Both the position numbers and the translations under genes were made by a program. From positions 16,525-80,524 of the IMG/VR virus record IMGVR_UViG_3300034418_008897: a stretch of DNA of 64,000 bases; one strand, given 5' to 3'. The stretch comes from a virus. The notes beneath the pieces were generated by a model. That model was not told the origin of the DNA. It did no database searches and was given only the letters and a program-made list of their open reading frames with translations. Shown here piece by piece: positions 11,133 through 22,304 of the stretch. Each line of letters begins with the position of its first letter. The first letter of the stretch is position 1.

Positions 11133-12680
11133 TTAAGAAAGTTTTTTTATAGTTAAAGTTCCACCATAACCTGACATATTTTCAAGAGTAGAATAAGCCG
11201 AACCTAAATAACAAGATATAGCTTCTCTAGTAGTCATTTTTATTAGATATTTAACTGTCATAGTATAGTGTTGAGTGCCAGCCTCAGAAAATTGACCTGC
11301 AGGACTGTATATAGCTTTTAAACCAGAAAAACCTGCAGGATAAGCAGTAGAGCTAGTTATCACATCAGTAGATTTAACTAAATTTATATAAAAAACCGGT
11401 TGAGCATCGTTAGTACTATAAAATTTACAATCATATTCTATTTCAAACAAAGTACCATTTACAGAGTCTACCCATTTAGGTTTAAAACTATAAGCCGAAG
11501 TAATTCCGTTTATAGTATCAAAATCAAAATAAGAATCTAAATTACCAGTTGCTGTTCTGCTAAACCTTAAAGCATTAACACTATCGTTGAAATCACCTAC
11601 TGGTACTTGCTCTAAGGCATATTGAGTTACCATGTCTTTAGGAGACTCTATCATAAACCAATTTGAAGGATCTGATCCGTTTAAACCTGCAGGTAACATC
11701 CATATACCAAAATTTAAAGGTTGGCCTATAGACAAGCCTTTTGATGGTGTCATATTAACATACCTATCTTCATTAACTATAGTAGTTATTTCTGGAAATG
11801 GCGGCGATGGAGGTTGTGGCGGTGTACATAAATCAGCTAAAAAAGTAGCTGTATTTGATGCAGCTGAATTTAATCTTAAAGTACTCCAAGTTATAGAAAT
11901 TTCATTTTTAGGATAAGGTTTTATAGTAATTATATCATTAGTAAGGTCTATTCTTTCACTAGGAGCAACAGTTAAATTATTTTGTTTAGTTTCATTTAAA
12001 ATTTTACCTTGATTAGCAGATAAAGCGGTATTAATAGAAGTACTAGTTAAACTATCTTCTACAACTAAGCTTAATACTGTATTAACCCAGTCGGTAGACT
12101 TAATAAATTGAGTAGCTGAAACTTGTACTATAGCTGTGTCTTGTTTTTCAAAAGTAACAGATTCATTTCCTACAGTACGACCTCTTAAATCCATATTGAA
12201 GCCATCTTCTATTACAATTTTACCTGTATTAGCAGATGTATAATCTTCATGCTTTAAAGTCAATGTTTGCCCTACACCTGTAAAGAAAGTTAGTTTTACA
12301 TCGTCTGGGAAATTAGTAATAGTTTGTACCGAAGCAGTTGTACCACCTACAATATTTACTAAAACAGAATCACACAGCTCTATACTAGGAGAAACTAAAT
12401 TTAAATCTAAATTTGTAGTTAAAGGTGTTATATTTAAAGTACCAGTAACTAATCCCGCAGAAGATTGTTTTACCCAGATTAAAAACCCAGGATTATTAGG
12501 GTCTTCTTCTACTCTATAGTTAGAATTATCCTCTTGTACATATATAGTTGCCCCTAAAAATAGAAAATTATCAGGGGTCATAGGATTAGGTAAGTCTGCG
12601 ATAAGAGCTAAAGGAGCTAATCTACTGTCTAAAGGACTAGCTTTTTTAAGGTCAAAATCGTTATATATTTCTGCAGGCAT
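11133..12680 (-). CDS. Tail fibre-associated protein
   Basis: PLDSR N-terminal module; DSLTSTS..ALSANQGKILNE fibre repeat. Confidence 0.6.
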   Translation of the reverse strand: MPAEIYNDFDLKKASPLDSRLAPLALIADLPNPMTPDNFLFLGATIYVQEDNSNYRVEEDPNNPGFLIWVKQSSAGLVTGTLNITPLTTNLDLNLVSPSIELCDSVLVNIVGGTTASVQTITNFPDDVKLTFFTGVGQTLTLKHEDYTSANTGKIVIEDGFNMDLRGRTVGNESVTFEKQDTAIVQVSATQFIKSTDWVNTVLSLVVEDSLTSTSINTALSANQGKILNETKQNNLTVAPSERIDLTNDIITIKPYPKNEISITWSTLRLNSAASNTATFLADLCTPPQPPSPPFPEITTIVNEDRYVNMTPSKGLSIGQPLNFGIWMLPAGLNGSDPSNWFMIESPKDMVTQYALEQVPVGDFNDSVNALRFSRTATGNLDSYFDFDTINGITSAYSFKPKWVDSVNGTLFEIEYDCKFYSTNDAQPVFYINLVKSTDVITSSTAYPAGFSGLKAIYSPAGQFSEAGTQHYTMTVKYLIKMTTREAISCYLGSAYSTLENMSGYGGTLTIKKLS

Positions 12681-12721
12681 AATTTATTATTTGAATTTTT
12701 ATATTAAAAATAACTCTATAT

Positions 12722-13420
12722 TTAAGAGAAATTTATTGTGAAGTATTTCAGGTTAGTACCAGTTAATTGAGTATCCCATTTTAAAATATAATAAGTAAAA
12801 GAACCACTGACTATAATATTAAAATCAGAAACAGGATAAATAATACCATTACTCTCTGTAACTGAAACAATAGGAGAAGTCCCTACAGGCATAACAATGT
12901 AAATTCTACCAAATATAGAATTTGTCATAGAAAAAGTTAAATTGGTATTTGCTTGTTTTGATAATCCTGTAATATCTGGAGTAAGTGAATTAGCTTTTAC
13001 ACCATAATACATAGGTAAAACAGCTGTCATAGTGTGGCTACCGTTTAATACAATATCTGGATCAACTCCATTTGATAAAGTAACAGTTGTTGTAACTACA
13101 AAAGTAGAACCTACTGCGCCTAAAATAATTGTAGTCGATGCTCCTGTTAAAGTATCTGTACTTCCTATTGTATCAGGCGCTCCATTAGGATAACTGATTA
13201 CGTGGCTGCTTGCTTGAACTGAGTAACCAGAAGGTATATTTACTACAGTAGAAGTATAAGCAATGCTCCCGTTATAGTTTTCTTCTAATTCGTTAACACC
13301 TAAAGAGTTAGTCAATACTACTCTAGGTACTACATTGCTACCGCCACCGCTACCACCGCTACCACCGCCGGCTTTTAGTATTAGTTCTGAAATTGTTAAA
13401 TCATAAATGTTAGATTCCAT
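12722..13420 (-). CDS. Putative tail/structural protein
   Basis: Gly linker; C-terminal GRIYIVMP motif shared with 10445..11131. Confidence 0.5.
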   Translation of the reverse strand: MESNIYDLTISELILKAGGGSGGSGGGSNVVPRVVLTNSLGVNELEENYNGSIAYTSTVVNIPSGYSVQASSHVISYPNGAPDTIGSTDTLTGASTTIILGAVGSTFVVTTTVTLSNGVDPDIVLNGSHTMTAVLPMYYGVKANSLTPDITGLSKQANTNLTFSMTNSIFGRIYIVMPVGTSPIVSVTESNGIIYPVSDFNIIVSGSFTYYILKWDTQLTGTNLKYFTINFS

Positions 13421-13432
13421 TGTTCTATTTTA

Positions 13433-16400
13433 TTAATTAAATGAATAAACAAAAGACGATAATATAGCTTGTATAGTTACATAATCGTACCCTTCGTAAG
13501 TAAATTTTATTTTTATTGCTTTATCTCTAATGTCAACGCCTTTATCGTTTTTACCAGCTTCTATATAAAGATGGTCCTCTATATATTCCATATTTTGCTT
13601 TATAATACCAAAGTCAATAGTGTTAAAAGTAAAACCAGCCGGTAAAGTACCTGATATATTATTACCATTTTGATCTAAAATTTCATTGTAAAATACACCA
13701 TTTGAATCCTGAACTTTTTTTCCTATTATGTAAATTACCCCTGCAAATACAACATAACCGCCTTCTAACCTTTCTACTTCTTGTTCACTCATATCAGCAA
13801 TATTTATAACTGCATTACTAGATAAAGTAGATGTTGTTATATTCCAACCAACAGAAGGCTCTAGCTCTTGTCTTTGTTTTAATTTTTGTTCATAATCATT
13901 GTTATTACTCAAAAAGTTATCGTAATCAAAATCATTTTCTAATAAAGTATAAGTAACTCTACCAGGGAAAGCTCGGTTAGAAATAACCATTAAGCTATTT
14001 ATTACTTTTTGAACAGCAGATTTATCTACTAAAACAAATTCAAAAATAAATTGTTCTTGATTTCCATATATATAAGAATAAGGAACCTTATCAGAAAAAT
14101 GTTTCCATATACTTTCTCTATCTGCAATAGCATTAAAAGAATATAGATTATTTTCTATATTAAACATCCATAAAGGGTTCCAAGATAATTTAGATACCCA
14201 TTTTTGTAAAGTTTCATTATAATAAATAGAAGCTATTTTATTTTTATCGCAAATACTTTCATAAGTACCTATATATAAATTTTCTTCTCCTTCCCTAACT
14301 TTTCTATTGATTTCTGCTTCAGCCCTTCCTCTATTAATTTCAAATTCCCCTTCAGCCCTTTCTGCAGCATTATTTAAAAATTGATTAGCGCCAAATACTT
14401 CTGCAGATTGACTAGTATTACTAACTTGCACCTTATTATTTATGTAATCTAAAGCAGGGCCTAAAGCAGGATTATATGTTTCTGCTTTGGTTGTATCTCT
14501 TACAGTTGTATCTTTTACGGTTGTAGTTCTTACTATTTCTGTTTCCTTACAAGAACCTAACACATCAGTAGTAAATTTGCCGTTTTCTAGGTTCATATAA
14601 GAAAATACAACATCATTACGTTCTCTATCGTAGTTAGCTTTTACATAATTACGAGCTGGAGAATTGTTTATCCTCTTTTTATATTCTTTTAATACAGATT
14701 GTACAGCAAAATCACTGATAATTTCTAAGCCGTACTGGCTATTAATTCCCACAACACGCCAAATTCTGTTTTTTCTTAAATCACAACCGTATATAGCTTG
14801 ATCTGTTTTTATAATACTAAATTGCTGGTCACTACCATATTCTGTAGATATAACTTGCATTTTAGGAGCTAGTACTTCAGCGTTGTCTATAAATACCCCG
14901 CCGTCTTGTTGTGATAACATTGTTTTTTGGTTGATAGGTATCACACCAACACCTTGCTCAAATATACAATAAACATTGTTATTATGTGTAATAAGCTTGG
15001 TTATTTGACCAAATTGTCTATTGTAGTCTTTAAAATTTAATCCAGAAAAATCTAAATAACCATTTTCAAAACTACCTGATACACTCGCTTCAGAAACATA
15101 AACTCTATTACTAAAATCTAAATTAAACACAGGCGATCTATCGTTTAAAGCCACTGAGAATTTGTCGTGTATATTATCATTATAACCAAAGTTATAAGCT
15201 GAAGATTCTCTTTGCCTAGAATCTCTAATACTATTTATAGATCTAACTGGGTAAAAACTTCTACCTTGCCCATATATACTAAGTTCGGTCGCAACACTTT
15301 TATCTTCTATTCTTAAATTTACATTGTAATTATTTTCAGTTACTAATGGCATTACAAAACCCTTTTCTATTAATCCTGTAGAACGATTTCCATCAGTGTA
15401 TCCAGTAGGATCTGTAGCAATTGGGTTTTCTTGTATACCTAAACCAAGCATTATATTTTTATATATATGCGCTATATAACAATCCCCGGAATATAAACTG
15501 ACTTCAGTTAATGTATTTAAATCATCTAAAGTATATCTTTCAGTAATAGCGTAGTAGGCTTCCGTGCTTGACAAAGAATTATATTTATTTTTCCAATTAG
15601 TTTGAGTTAAAACCCCATCCATGGAATCATAAACATTAGTTAATACGCCTAAGTTAAAGCCATTAAATTGAACTTGCCATACATAATCTTGGATATCATT
15701 ACCAGTTAATCCTTGCCCATTGCCTTTACCAACGTTTGAAAAAGTATTTATATTTTTCACTCTATAAGGGTCATTTTCCAAAGGTACAACTAAGGCATTA
15801 TCCCCTTGTTTGGCTTTTATACCTATATAATCAGAATATTGAGTATTAGAGCTGAATAATTCAGAAGCAATATTTGTGCCCGTAGAGACAACATTACTAG
15901 GCCAACTTGGCTCAAAAGTTGCTGGATTTTGACTAGCAGAAGCAGCATAATAAATATTTCTATCTTCTTTAGCAGAGAATTGCCTAGCTCCAAAAGCATC
16001 TTGATCATAGCCTATATAAGATAAATTATAAGTGTTATCACTTATTAAATCTAAAGGGTTAGTAAAATTACTTTTAAAATTTTCTAAGTTTAAAACTTTT
16101 ATTGGGGTTACCTCAGCGGGATCAACACTTATACTAGGCCCAAAAGAGTAAGAAGAAATTTTTAACTTATTAAGCACAGGTGTTTGAACAATAAAGACAT
16201 TAGAAGTATAACCATTAATTTGTTTTAAGTTACTGTGGTTAGATTTTTTTCTAACATGATAAACACCAAAATTTATTGCTATCTGTAAATCTGTATTTAA
16301 AGGTGTATTAGGTGTTATATAAGGAAAAGTACTGTTAGCTTTTAATTTAGGTGCAAAATTACCGTCCTGTGTTTCCCAGTTGTCATAAGCTGTTATCCTT

Positions 16401-18811
16401 GTATATTTGCTGTATACTATTTGATTAGCACTATTTACTTCTATATAAAGATAAAATCGTTCTCTCTGATTATTATTGTTGCCCCCTGGATCAAATTTAT
16501 TAACTGCATTTATTCTCCATTTTTGAACGGTAACACCAGTACCAGCAGTAGTTGAAGATTGGCCTAAATAATTCCAGTTACCTATCAAATCTTCTATTTC
16601 CATTCCATTATTACCGACATTACCAGCAGAAGAAGCACCATAAGGAACTAATTGTACATTATTTAATGCGGTATTTCCACCAGAAACAGCATTAGGCGCA
16701 ACTATACTATTTGCTTTTATAGGGTCTGTTACGCCATTAAAAAATAATCCTTTCTGGCTGCTGTTGAAAGTAGTAGCCATTATAGCAGGGTCAGCTAATT
16801 GGTCAGCAGCATAAAAAGCCCAATACATCTCTGGAAGCCCCCCATTAAATTCATTTTGCCCAGTATTTGCGTAACTCCAATCTTGTGCTGGATAAATTTG
16901 ACCTTGTTTAGATATAGGCACATGATTATTTACATCATCAGTACTATCTTTAGTTATTTCTTGAATTCTACCTGGGCAAGGTAATATTTTCAAAGGCACT
17001 TCTTTTATATCATTGTAAGCTCCAGCGCCTATAGGACCATCAATATCAGCTATAAACTCTCTGTCATCTAGTCCACCTGTGTACCACTCTGTGTAAGAAG
17101 TATTATAATCATATCTACCAGTGTTTCTTATTTTTTGATTTACAGGTAACCTATTAGTGTTTGTAGTAAACCCTTGTACTATACAATCTCTTTTACGTTC
17201 TTTCCTAGTAAAAAAGAAACCTGTAGTTTCATTTTGAACCACGGTACTACTCTTTAAAGGAGTTAAATCTATATCAAAATATTTTATTTCTGTAGTATCT
17301 GCATCAAAATTACCAGTAGAATTTTTAAACATAGTTCTGTTTTTATAAGTACGATATATACCTAATCTATTTTCAGAACTATTTGTTTTAAACCCATTAT
17401 CGCCAAAATTGTCACCTGAAGTATAAACAAAATTACCATCATAATTATCACCGCCCCTTATAGGCAACGCAGGAGATAGAGTACCGTCTTTCATCATAAA
17501 TACTATACCTAATTCATATGTTTCCCCCGCCCAATAACCTAATTTATTATATACATTATCAGGTTTAGCATAACCTTCGCCTAAACCTTTTATTAATAAA
17601 TCTTCGCTTTTTTCTTTTACTTTTAATTGTAAAGCTACTGTTCTTAAGTCTTCGTAGTCATTTAAATTTGTGGTAACATTCCCCAATAATAATCGATCAT
17701 CATATTGAGTCATTGTTTTTACTGTATTAATAGAAGAATAAGTTAAGTTTAAATTGTTTCTATCATATAATATACTGTCTTCGTTACCATAAATAGTAAT
17801 ACTTATACTTTGAGTAGGAGAGGTTATATTGTTAGGTATATCATATATATCAACAATCTCGTATACTAAAGTAGAAGGGCTGACTAAATCTTGTCCTTCT
17901 GAATAATAAACTTTAATACCTGAAAATTTTGTATCTAGATTAGATAAAGTAAATTTTACAGCTTTTCCTGTGTTTTCATCATTATTAGCGCCTATATTAT
18001 CATAAGCAAAAATAACTAACCTAGATTCTTCTACAACATCAGTTAAAGAACCGTCGCTATCTATATATCTAAAATAAAATCTACGCCCACCACCTTTATG
18101 AGCTCCGCCTGGAAATACGCCATCAAATTGTAATTTTAATATTTGACTAGTAGTTTTAATTAATTTAGTAGCGTCAAATTCTAAATTAGAATAAGTATTG
18201 GTGTCTTTCTTTTGTCTTCTATTTGCAATAGCAGCCCTTTTACCGTCTTCATGTAATTTAAATCTACTATTCACTAGTCTTACAGGGTTATAATCATCTG
18301 TAAAAATTATATTAATAGATTCATCATAAGAAGGTTGCAATTCTATTTCTATTAACCTATCAGCTTGAAAATTTAATTTAGCTGTTCTAAAAGGGCTTTG
18401 GTGAGAAATATCAGTTGAAGCTAAAGGATTAGTACCACTATAAAAATTATGCAAAGGAGCATAGGCTTGTACTAAAGGAAAATATTCTTCAGGATCTTGA
18501 GAATTATTTATAGCCGTCCAATCAGGGCTAGGAAAAGTACCTATTTCACCTGAGATAAAAGTACCATCATTATGAAATTTACCAGATAATATATAAGCAA
18601 TATTTTCATGAACTGCTACTCCTAAAGGTCTATAATCTTTAGTCAAACTAGAAAATAGATCTGTACCCTTCATATTTTGAAGAATTAACTGGTTAGCTCC
18701 ATCTGTTGTTAATGCGGCATTAATAGCATCAACCATAGTATCTGCTTTAGCATTTAATGGGTGCGCATCAGTATTTAATTCTGTAAATGTATTAAACGTA
18801 GAATTGCTCAT
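13433..18811 (-). CDS. Tail stabilisation / muzzle protein (crAss Tstab-like)
   Basis: 1792 aa; NTF..LNTD N-terminus, GYWAGETYELGIVF, GDCYI and YNETLQKWVS motifs; adjacent to IHF-like and tubular genes as in crAss-like phages. Confidence 0.7.
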   Translation of the reverse strand: MSNSTFNTFTELNTDAHPLNAKADTMVDAINAALTTDGANQLILQNMKGTDLFSSLTKDYRPLGVAVHENIAYILSGKFHNDGTFISGEIGTFPSPDWTAINNSQDPEEYFPLVQAYAPLHNFYSGTNPLASTDISHQSPFRTAKLNFQADRLIEIELQPSYDESINIIFTDDYNPVRLVNSRFKLHEDGKRAAIANRRQKKDTNTYSNLEFDATKLIKTTSQILKLQFDGVFPGGAHKGGGRRFYFRYIDSDGSLTDVVEESRLVIFAYDNIGANNDENTGKAVKFTLSNLDTKFSGIKVYYSEGQDLVSPSTLVYEIVDIYDIPNNITSPTQSISITIYGNEDSILYDRNNLNLTYSSINTVKTMTQYDDRLLLGNVTTNLNDYEDLRTVALQLKVKEKSEDLLIKGLGEGYAKPDNVYNKLGYWAGETYELGIVFMMKDGTLSPALPIRGGDNYDGNFVYTSGDNFGDNGFKTNSSENRLGIYRTYKNRTMFKNSTGNFDADTTEIKYFDIDLTPLKSSTVVQNETTGFFFTRKERKRDCIVQGFTTNTNRLPVNQKIRNTGRYDYNTSYTEWYTGGLDDREFIADIDGPIGAGAYNDIKEVPLKILPCPGRIQEITKDSTDDVNNHVPISKQGQIYPAQDWSYANTGQNEFNGGLPEMYWAFYAADQLADPAIMATTFNSSQKGLFFNGVTDPIKANSIVAPNAVSGGNTALNNVQLVPYGASSAGNVGNNGMEIEDLIGNWNYLGQSSTTAGTGVTVQKWRINAVNKFDPGGNNNNQRERFYLYIEVNSANQIVYSKYTRITAYDNWETQDGNFAPKLKANSTFPYITPNTPLNTDLQIAINFGVYHVRKKSNHSNLKQINGYTSNVFIVQTPVLNKLKISSYSFGPSISVDPAEVTPIKVLNLENFKSNFTNPLDLISDNTYNLSYIGYDQDAFGARQFSAKEDRNIYYAASASQNPATFEPSWPSNVVSTGTNIASELFSSNTQYSDYIGIKAKQGDNALVVPLENDPYRVKNINTFSNVGKGNGQGLTGNDIQDYVWQVQFNGFNLGVLTNVYDSMDGVLTQTNWKNKYNSLSSTEAYYAITERYTLDDLNTLTEVSLYSGDCYIAHIYKNIMLGLGIQENPIATDPTGYTDGNRSTGLIEKGFVMPLVTENNYNVNLRIEDKSVATELSIYGQGRSFYPVRSINSIRDSRQRESSAYNFGYNDNIHDKFSVALNDRSPVFNLDFSNRVYVSEASVSGSFENGYLDFSGLNFKDYNRQFGQITKLITHNNNVYCIFEQGVGVIPINQKTMLSQQDGGVFIDNAEVLAPKMQVISTEYGSDQQFSIIKTDQAIYGCDLRKNRIWRVVGINSQYGLEIISDFAVQSVLKEYKKRINNSPARNYVKANYDRERNDVVFSYMNLENGKFTTDVLGSCKETEIVRTTTVKDTTVRDTTKAETYNPALGPALDYINNKVQVSNTSQSAEVFGANQFLNNAAERAEGEFEINRGRAEAEINRKVREGEENLYIGTYESICDKNKIASIYYNETLQKWVSKLSWNPLWMFNIENNLYSFNAIADRESIWKHFSDKVPYSYIYGNQEQFIFEFVLVDKSAVQKVINSLMVISNRAFPGRVTYTLLENDFDYDNFLSNNNDYEQKLKQRQELEPSVGWNITTSTLSSNAVINIADMSEQEVERLEGGYVVFAGVIYIIGKKVQDSNGVFYNEILDQNGNNISGTLPAGFTFNTIDFGIIKQNMEYIEDHLYIEAGKNDKGVDIRDKAIKIKFTYEGYDYVTIQAILSSFVYSFN

Positions 18812-19565
18812 ATTTCTCTTTATGTATACGTTGTAATCGTTTTTTAACTACTTTTTTCATAATAGCATCATGAAATCTTCCTAATGCTCTAAAAAATCTT
18901 ACTTCACCTGTTTTATCTATAAATCTTACTTCTTCGCCTCTTTTAAGCTCCTCTAGTAAAAGATTAAAACAATGTACAACAAGTTTTTTTACTTTATCTT
19001 CTTGAATATAAGAAAAGGTATCATAAAGGTACGGTAAAAAATAATCTATACTCCTTGGTCTTACTGAAAATTTTTCTCCGCTATTAGCGTGTGCTACCAT
19101 ATTATTATATATGTCTTTAGGTACATATATTTTTAATTCTTTTTTCTTTTGTCTAGGTGCAAACCTAAAAGTTAAATAAGGCACAGTGTTATTGGTTTGT
19201 GTCATATCCACGTAGCCTAATTTACCATGCTTTACTTTACTCCTAACAATAGCATCATTTAATTCTCCAACAAAAATAACAGCTTTACTATTACCTGGAA
19301 ATTTAAATGAACATTTACCTGTTGCTACTTCCCACAATATAGCTTGCAATAAAGTATTAAATATTTTTCTAATTAAGGCAGGGTTGTCTTTACAACTATA
19401 AAAATTTCTTATTCTTCCTTTAGGAGCAGTTTTCTTTTTAACTAAATACTCTTTACAAGTTTGTCTGTCAGAAGGAAAGATATCTTTAGATGTCAACATT
19501 AAAGTTGTATCATATTCTGATCTTTTATATCCTTTTCCTTTTTCATTTATACCATAAAAAGGCAT
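18792..19565 (-). CDS. IHF/HU-like basic protein of the crAss tail module
   Basis: Two HU-like helix-strand segments (IFNTLLQAILWEVATGK..FKFPG; LVVHCFNLLLEELKRGEEVRF); lies between the Ttub-like and Tstab-like genes. Confidence 0.55.
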   Translation of the reverse strand: MPFYGINEKGKGYKRSEYDTTLMLTSKDIFPSDRQTCKEYLVKKKTAPKGRIRNFYSCKDNPALIRKIFNTLLQAILWEVATGKCSFKFPGNSKAVIFVGELNDAIVRSKVKHGKLGYVDMTQTNNTVPYLTFRFAPRQKKKELKIYVPKDIYNNMVAHANSGEKFSVRPRSIDYFLPYLYDTFSYIQEDKVKKLVVHCFNLLLEELKRGEEVRFIDKTGEVRFFRALGRFHDAIMKKVVKKRLQRIHKEKYEQFYV

Positions 19566-20329
19566 TATTGTAGGGGTTTATAACTTGAATTAAAAACTTT
19601 TCTATTATGAGTTGTCATAGCAGAAAATACTCTATTCCATTGGTTTTGTGTAATATATTCTGGTATTTTAGCAGCAGCCATTAATCTCCCTGCTTCTTGC
19701 TTAATATAAGGTAATATAGAAGCTGCCCCCGGGTCTCTCATAAATAGTTTCTTTTGAGTATCTATAAAAGCTAATTGAGCCGCAATAGCTTCAGCTTCTT
19801 TTCTGTATAATAAAGGGTTATTATCATCGTCTACACAAATACCTCTATAAATACAAGTACCACTGAAACCTATTAATTCTTCTGTAAATTGCAAGGATTT
19901 ATTTCCACCTTTATCTCCAATTAAATTATAAGGCATATAAGAACCTAGAGGATGTAGCTCGCTATTTTGCGGTAATGGTACTCTTGTATAAGTTGGGTCA
20001 TTTACTACATCCGCTAAATAACCGTTGGGTGAAATATTAGAATCAGAATACAGTAAAGTAAAGTCTCCTTCTGCTCCAGTAATACTATTACCCTCATTAC
20101 TAGAAACCGCTTCAATAAATTCTACGTTGCAAGGTAGCTCTACAATACCAGATTGTGGTACAGTAAATTTAAAAGTATAAATACCTGTAGCTATATTACC
20201 TATAGATCTAAAAACGTTGTAAGCACGCTCTAAATAATCATCTGGTTGCATTTCTATATCATACAAATCTCTAAGTAAATACTTAGGATACATAAAATCA
20301 TAAAATGGAGAAGCTGCTTGTTCTTGCAT
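19565..20329 (-). CDS. Tail tubular / ring protein (Ttub-like)
   Basis: VELPCNVEFIEAV and IYRGICVDDDNNPL motifs; size and position. Confidence 0.65.
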   Translation of the reverse strand: MQEQAASPFYDFMYPKYLLRDLYDIEMQPDDYLERAYNVFRSIGNIATGIYTFKFTVPQSGIVELPCNVEFIEAVSSNEGNSITGAEGDFTLLYSDSNISPNGYLADVVNDPTYTRVPLPQNSELHPLGSYMPYNLIGDKGGNKSLQFTEELIGFSGTCIYRGICVDDDNNPLLYRKEAEAIAAQLAFIDTQKKLFMRDPGAASILPYIKQEAGRLMAAAKIPEYITQNQWNRVFSAMTTHNRKVFNSSYKPLQ

Positions 20330-20333
20330 ATTT

Positions 20334-20954
20334 TTATTTTTTGTATATTAAACTATTTAAAATACCGCCTTTTTTCCATAATTCAGTACAAGCTAAATGT
20401 CTTGCTGTACCTGGTTTCGCAGTACTACATTTATGTCTTGCTTTAAAAGCTTTTCTTTTGGAGTCTACATTATTTACATAACGTTTATCTCCTGCATGGA
20501 CTAGTTTCTTTTTACCATCTATACAGTAAAGCTTCATAATTTTTTTATGCTTACGGGTAGATCTTTTAGTTTGACCGCATTTCATATCTGATTTTACAGA
20601 CCCGCCCTTTTTATATAGCAACATTCCTAATTTAGCTTTTGAAACTTTTTTACCCATACCTTTATTTTTCTTTTCGGATATTTTCTTTTTTAAATTTTTA
20701 CCTTTAGGCATATTAGGAGTTTTTGAGCTGACTTTTTTACTGGGTCTACAATACTCAGTTTTACCACCTGAACCGCAATCTTCACCAGAAATTTTATCTT
20801 TCCATTTTTCGTCTCCCCATCTTTTTAAATCCGACCCTTTTTTAGTTTTTCTTACATCTCCTTTAGACTTTCTACATTTAGCAATAAGTTGACTACGCCT
20901 AGCAGAGTTGGGCATTTTAGCAGCAAATTTTTTATAACAAGCATCTTTACTCAT
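20334..20954 (-). CDS. Highly basic Cys-containing protein, putative internal head / DNA-binding protein
   Basis: KDACY..., LKRW.DEKW.D, YCRPSKKVSSKTP, KAFKARHKC motifs; carries LLYKKGG and KKGGIL tags. Confidence 0.5.
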   Translation of the reverse strand: MSKDACYKKFAAKMPNSARRSQLIAKCRKSKGDVRKTKKGSDLKRWGDEKWKDKISGEDCGSGGKTEYCRPSKKVSSKTPNMPKGKNLKKKISEKKNKGMGKKVSKAKLGMLLYKKGGSVKSDMKCGQTKRSTRKHKKIMKLYCIDGKKKLVHAGDKRYVNNVDSKRKAFKARHKCSTAKPGTARHLACTELWKKGGILNSLIYKK

Positions 20955-21520
20955 TACTTAGCTAATTCAGCCATCTCGTTATCTAAAAACCTTAAAGCAG
21001 TAGCATCTGTACCAAATGCTTCTAGCTTGTCTAACCAAGTTTGCATTTTAGTAAGCTCTTCATGTTGTTCTTTAACATATTTCAAAGCAAGCTCATATAA
21101 CATATGATCTCCATGAGACATTGCTGCAGATGCTAATTCTTTGCATTGTTTAGTGATCTCTACCTCATGCTCATAAGATTTTTGTATAATATCTGGTAAT
21201 CCTTTATAATCAGAAATTATCTTAGGCATTTCTCTTATTTCAGGTTGTATACCTAAACCTAAAAGATAAGCTCTAGCCCAATCTACATGGGCCATTTCTT
21301 CATGAGCATATTTATGCCATAAAGCCCCAGCTCCAGTATAACCTAAATTATCTAAAAACATGTACATATCTTCATACATTCGAGAAGACTTTTCTTCTTC
21401 TTGAGCGCGAAAATTTAACATATCTATACAATGCTCGCTAATCAAACTATTTTTGATTAACTTTTTTTCAGTTTTATCTCCTGTTGGAGTGTCGTTATTT
21501 AAAATCTCTTTTAAAGCCAT
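20954..21520 (-). CDS. ftnA: Ferritin (non-haem type)
   Basis: QEEEKSSRMY, HEEMAH, HEVEIT and EQHEE ferroxidase-type motifs; 188 aa. Confidence 0.85.
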   Translation of the reverse strand: MALKEILNNDTPTGDKTEKKLIKNSLISEHCIDMLNFRAQEEEKSSRMYEDMYMFLDNLGYTGAGALWHKYAHEEMAHVDWARAYLLGLGIQPEIREMPKIISDYKGLPDIIQKSYEHEVEITKQCKELASAAMSHGDHMLYELALKYVKEQHEELTKMQTWLDKLEAFGTDATALRFLDNEMAELAK

Positions 21521-21522
21521 AA

Positions 21523-22218
21523 TTATTGAACTATATCATTTTGTTGATTAGGTAAAGGTTGTACATTTAATTGTCTAAAGTATCTAATATACTTCTCAGT
21601 TAAAGTATCTATAATAGCCATTTGCATATGTAAAGGAGCTGGATATTCTTTATCTAAAGCGTCAGGGTCTAAAGCTAAAATATCCATTGGGTGATTAAAC
21701 ATTGCTCTTAAAGAAACATATTTAAGTGGGTTATACTTGCCTAAGTTAAAGAAATAAATAGTATTTTTACCATTGTGGTTCATAGATGTATCTACCCAAG
21801 CAAAAGGTTTATGGGCAGTTCTTATTCTCACCCTGTGATTTTGAATATCATCTGTATTATAATAAACAGCAAATTCTTCTTGTTTATTTGCTAACCCTAA
21901 AAACTCTATAGCACTGTCATCAGGAGTGGCTAATAAAGTAGGCACTTCTATAGCAGGCACTTGTGAGTCACAATTAGGAATAAAACTACAAATAGTTGAA
22001 GCTAAATCTTTTTGCTCTAATATTATATTATCAAGTGTTTGTATTAAATATTTACTATTTAGTTTAAAAGTAGTAGAATATTTATTTACAAAATCAGCCC
22101 TAGCTAAGTCTATTTCATCATATAATTGCTCTATACTGAAAGATTGATCGCTGATGTTACCAGATAATCCATCTGCCACTCTATTTCTAATACTACTAGC
22201 AAGTTCTAAAGAAGTCAT
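21523..22218 (-). CDS. Putative neck/ring protein
   Basis: 231 aa, C-terminal EYP...QPLPNQQND; position in the capsid module. Confidence 0.5.
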   Translation of the reverse strand: MTSLELASSIRNRVADGLSGNISDQSFSIEQLYDEIDLARADFVNKYSTTFKLNSKYLIQTLDNIILEQKDLASTICSFIPNCDSQVPAIEVPTLLATPDDSAIEFLGLANKQEEFAVYYNTDDIQNHRVRIRTAHKPFAWVDTSMNHNGKNTIYFFNLGKYNPLKYVSLRAMFNHPMDILALDPDALDKEYPAPLHMQMAIIDTLTEKYIRYFRQLNVQPLPNQQNDIVQ

Positions 22219-22274
22219 AAAAATCTTATTTATGAAATATAATATAAAAGATAAGCCGAAAAACTAAGTAAAAT

Positions 22275-22304
22275 AAAAAACCCCCTTAACTTAATAAGAG
22301 GGCT
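22275..22304 (-). terminator. Intrinsic terminator after 22331..23350
   Basis: Minus strand GCCCTCTTA-TTAAGT-TAAGGGGGT followed by a T run. Confidence 0.7.
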
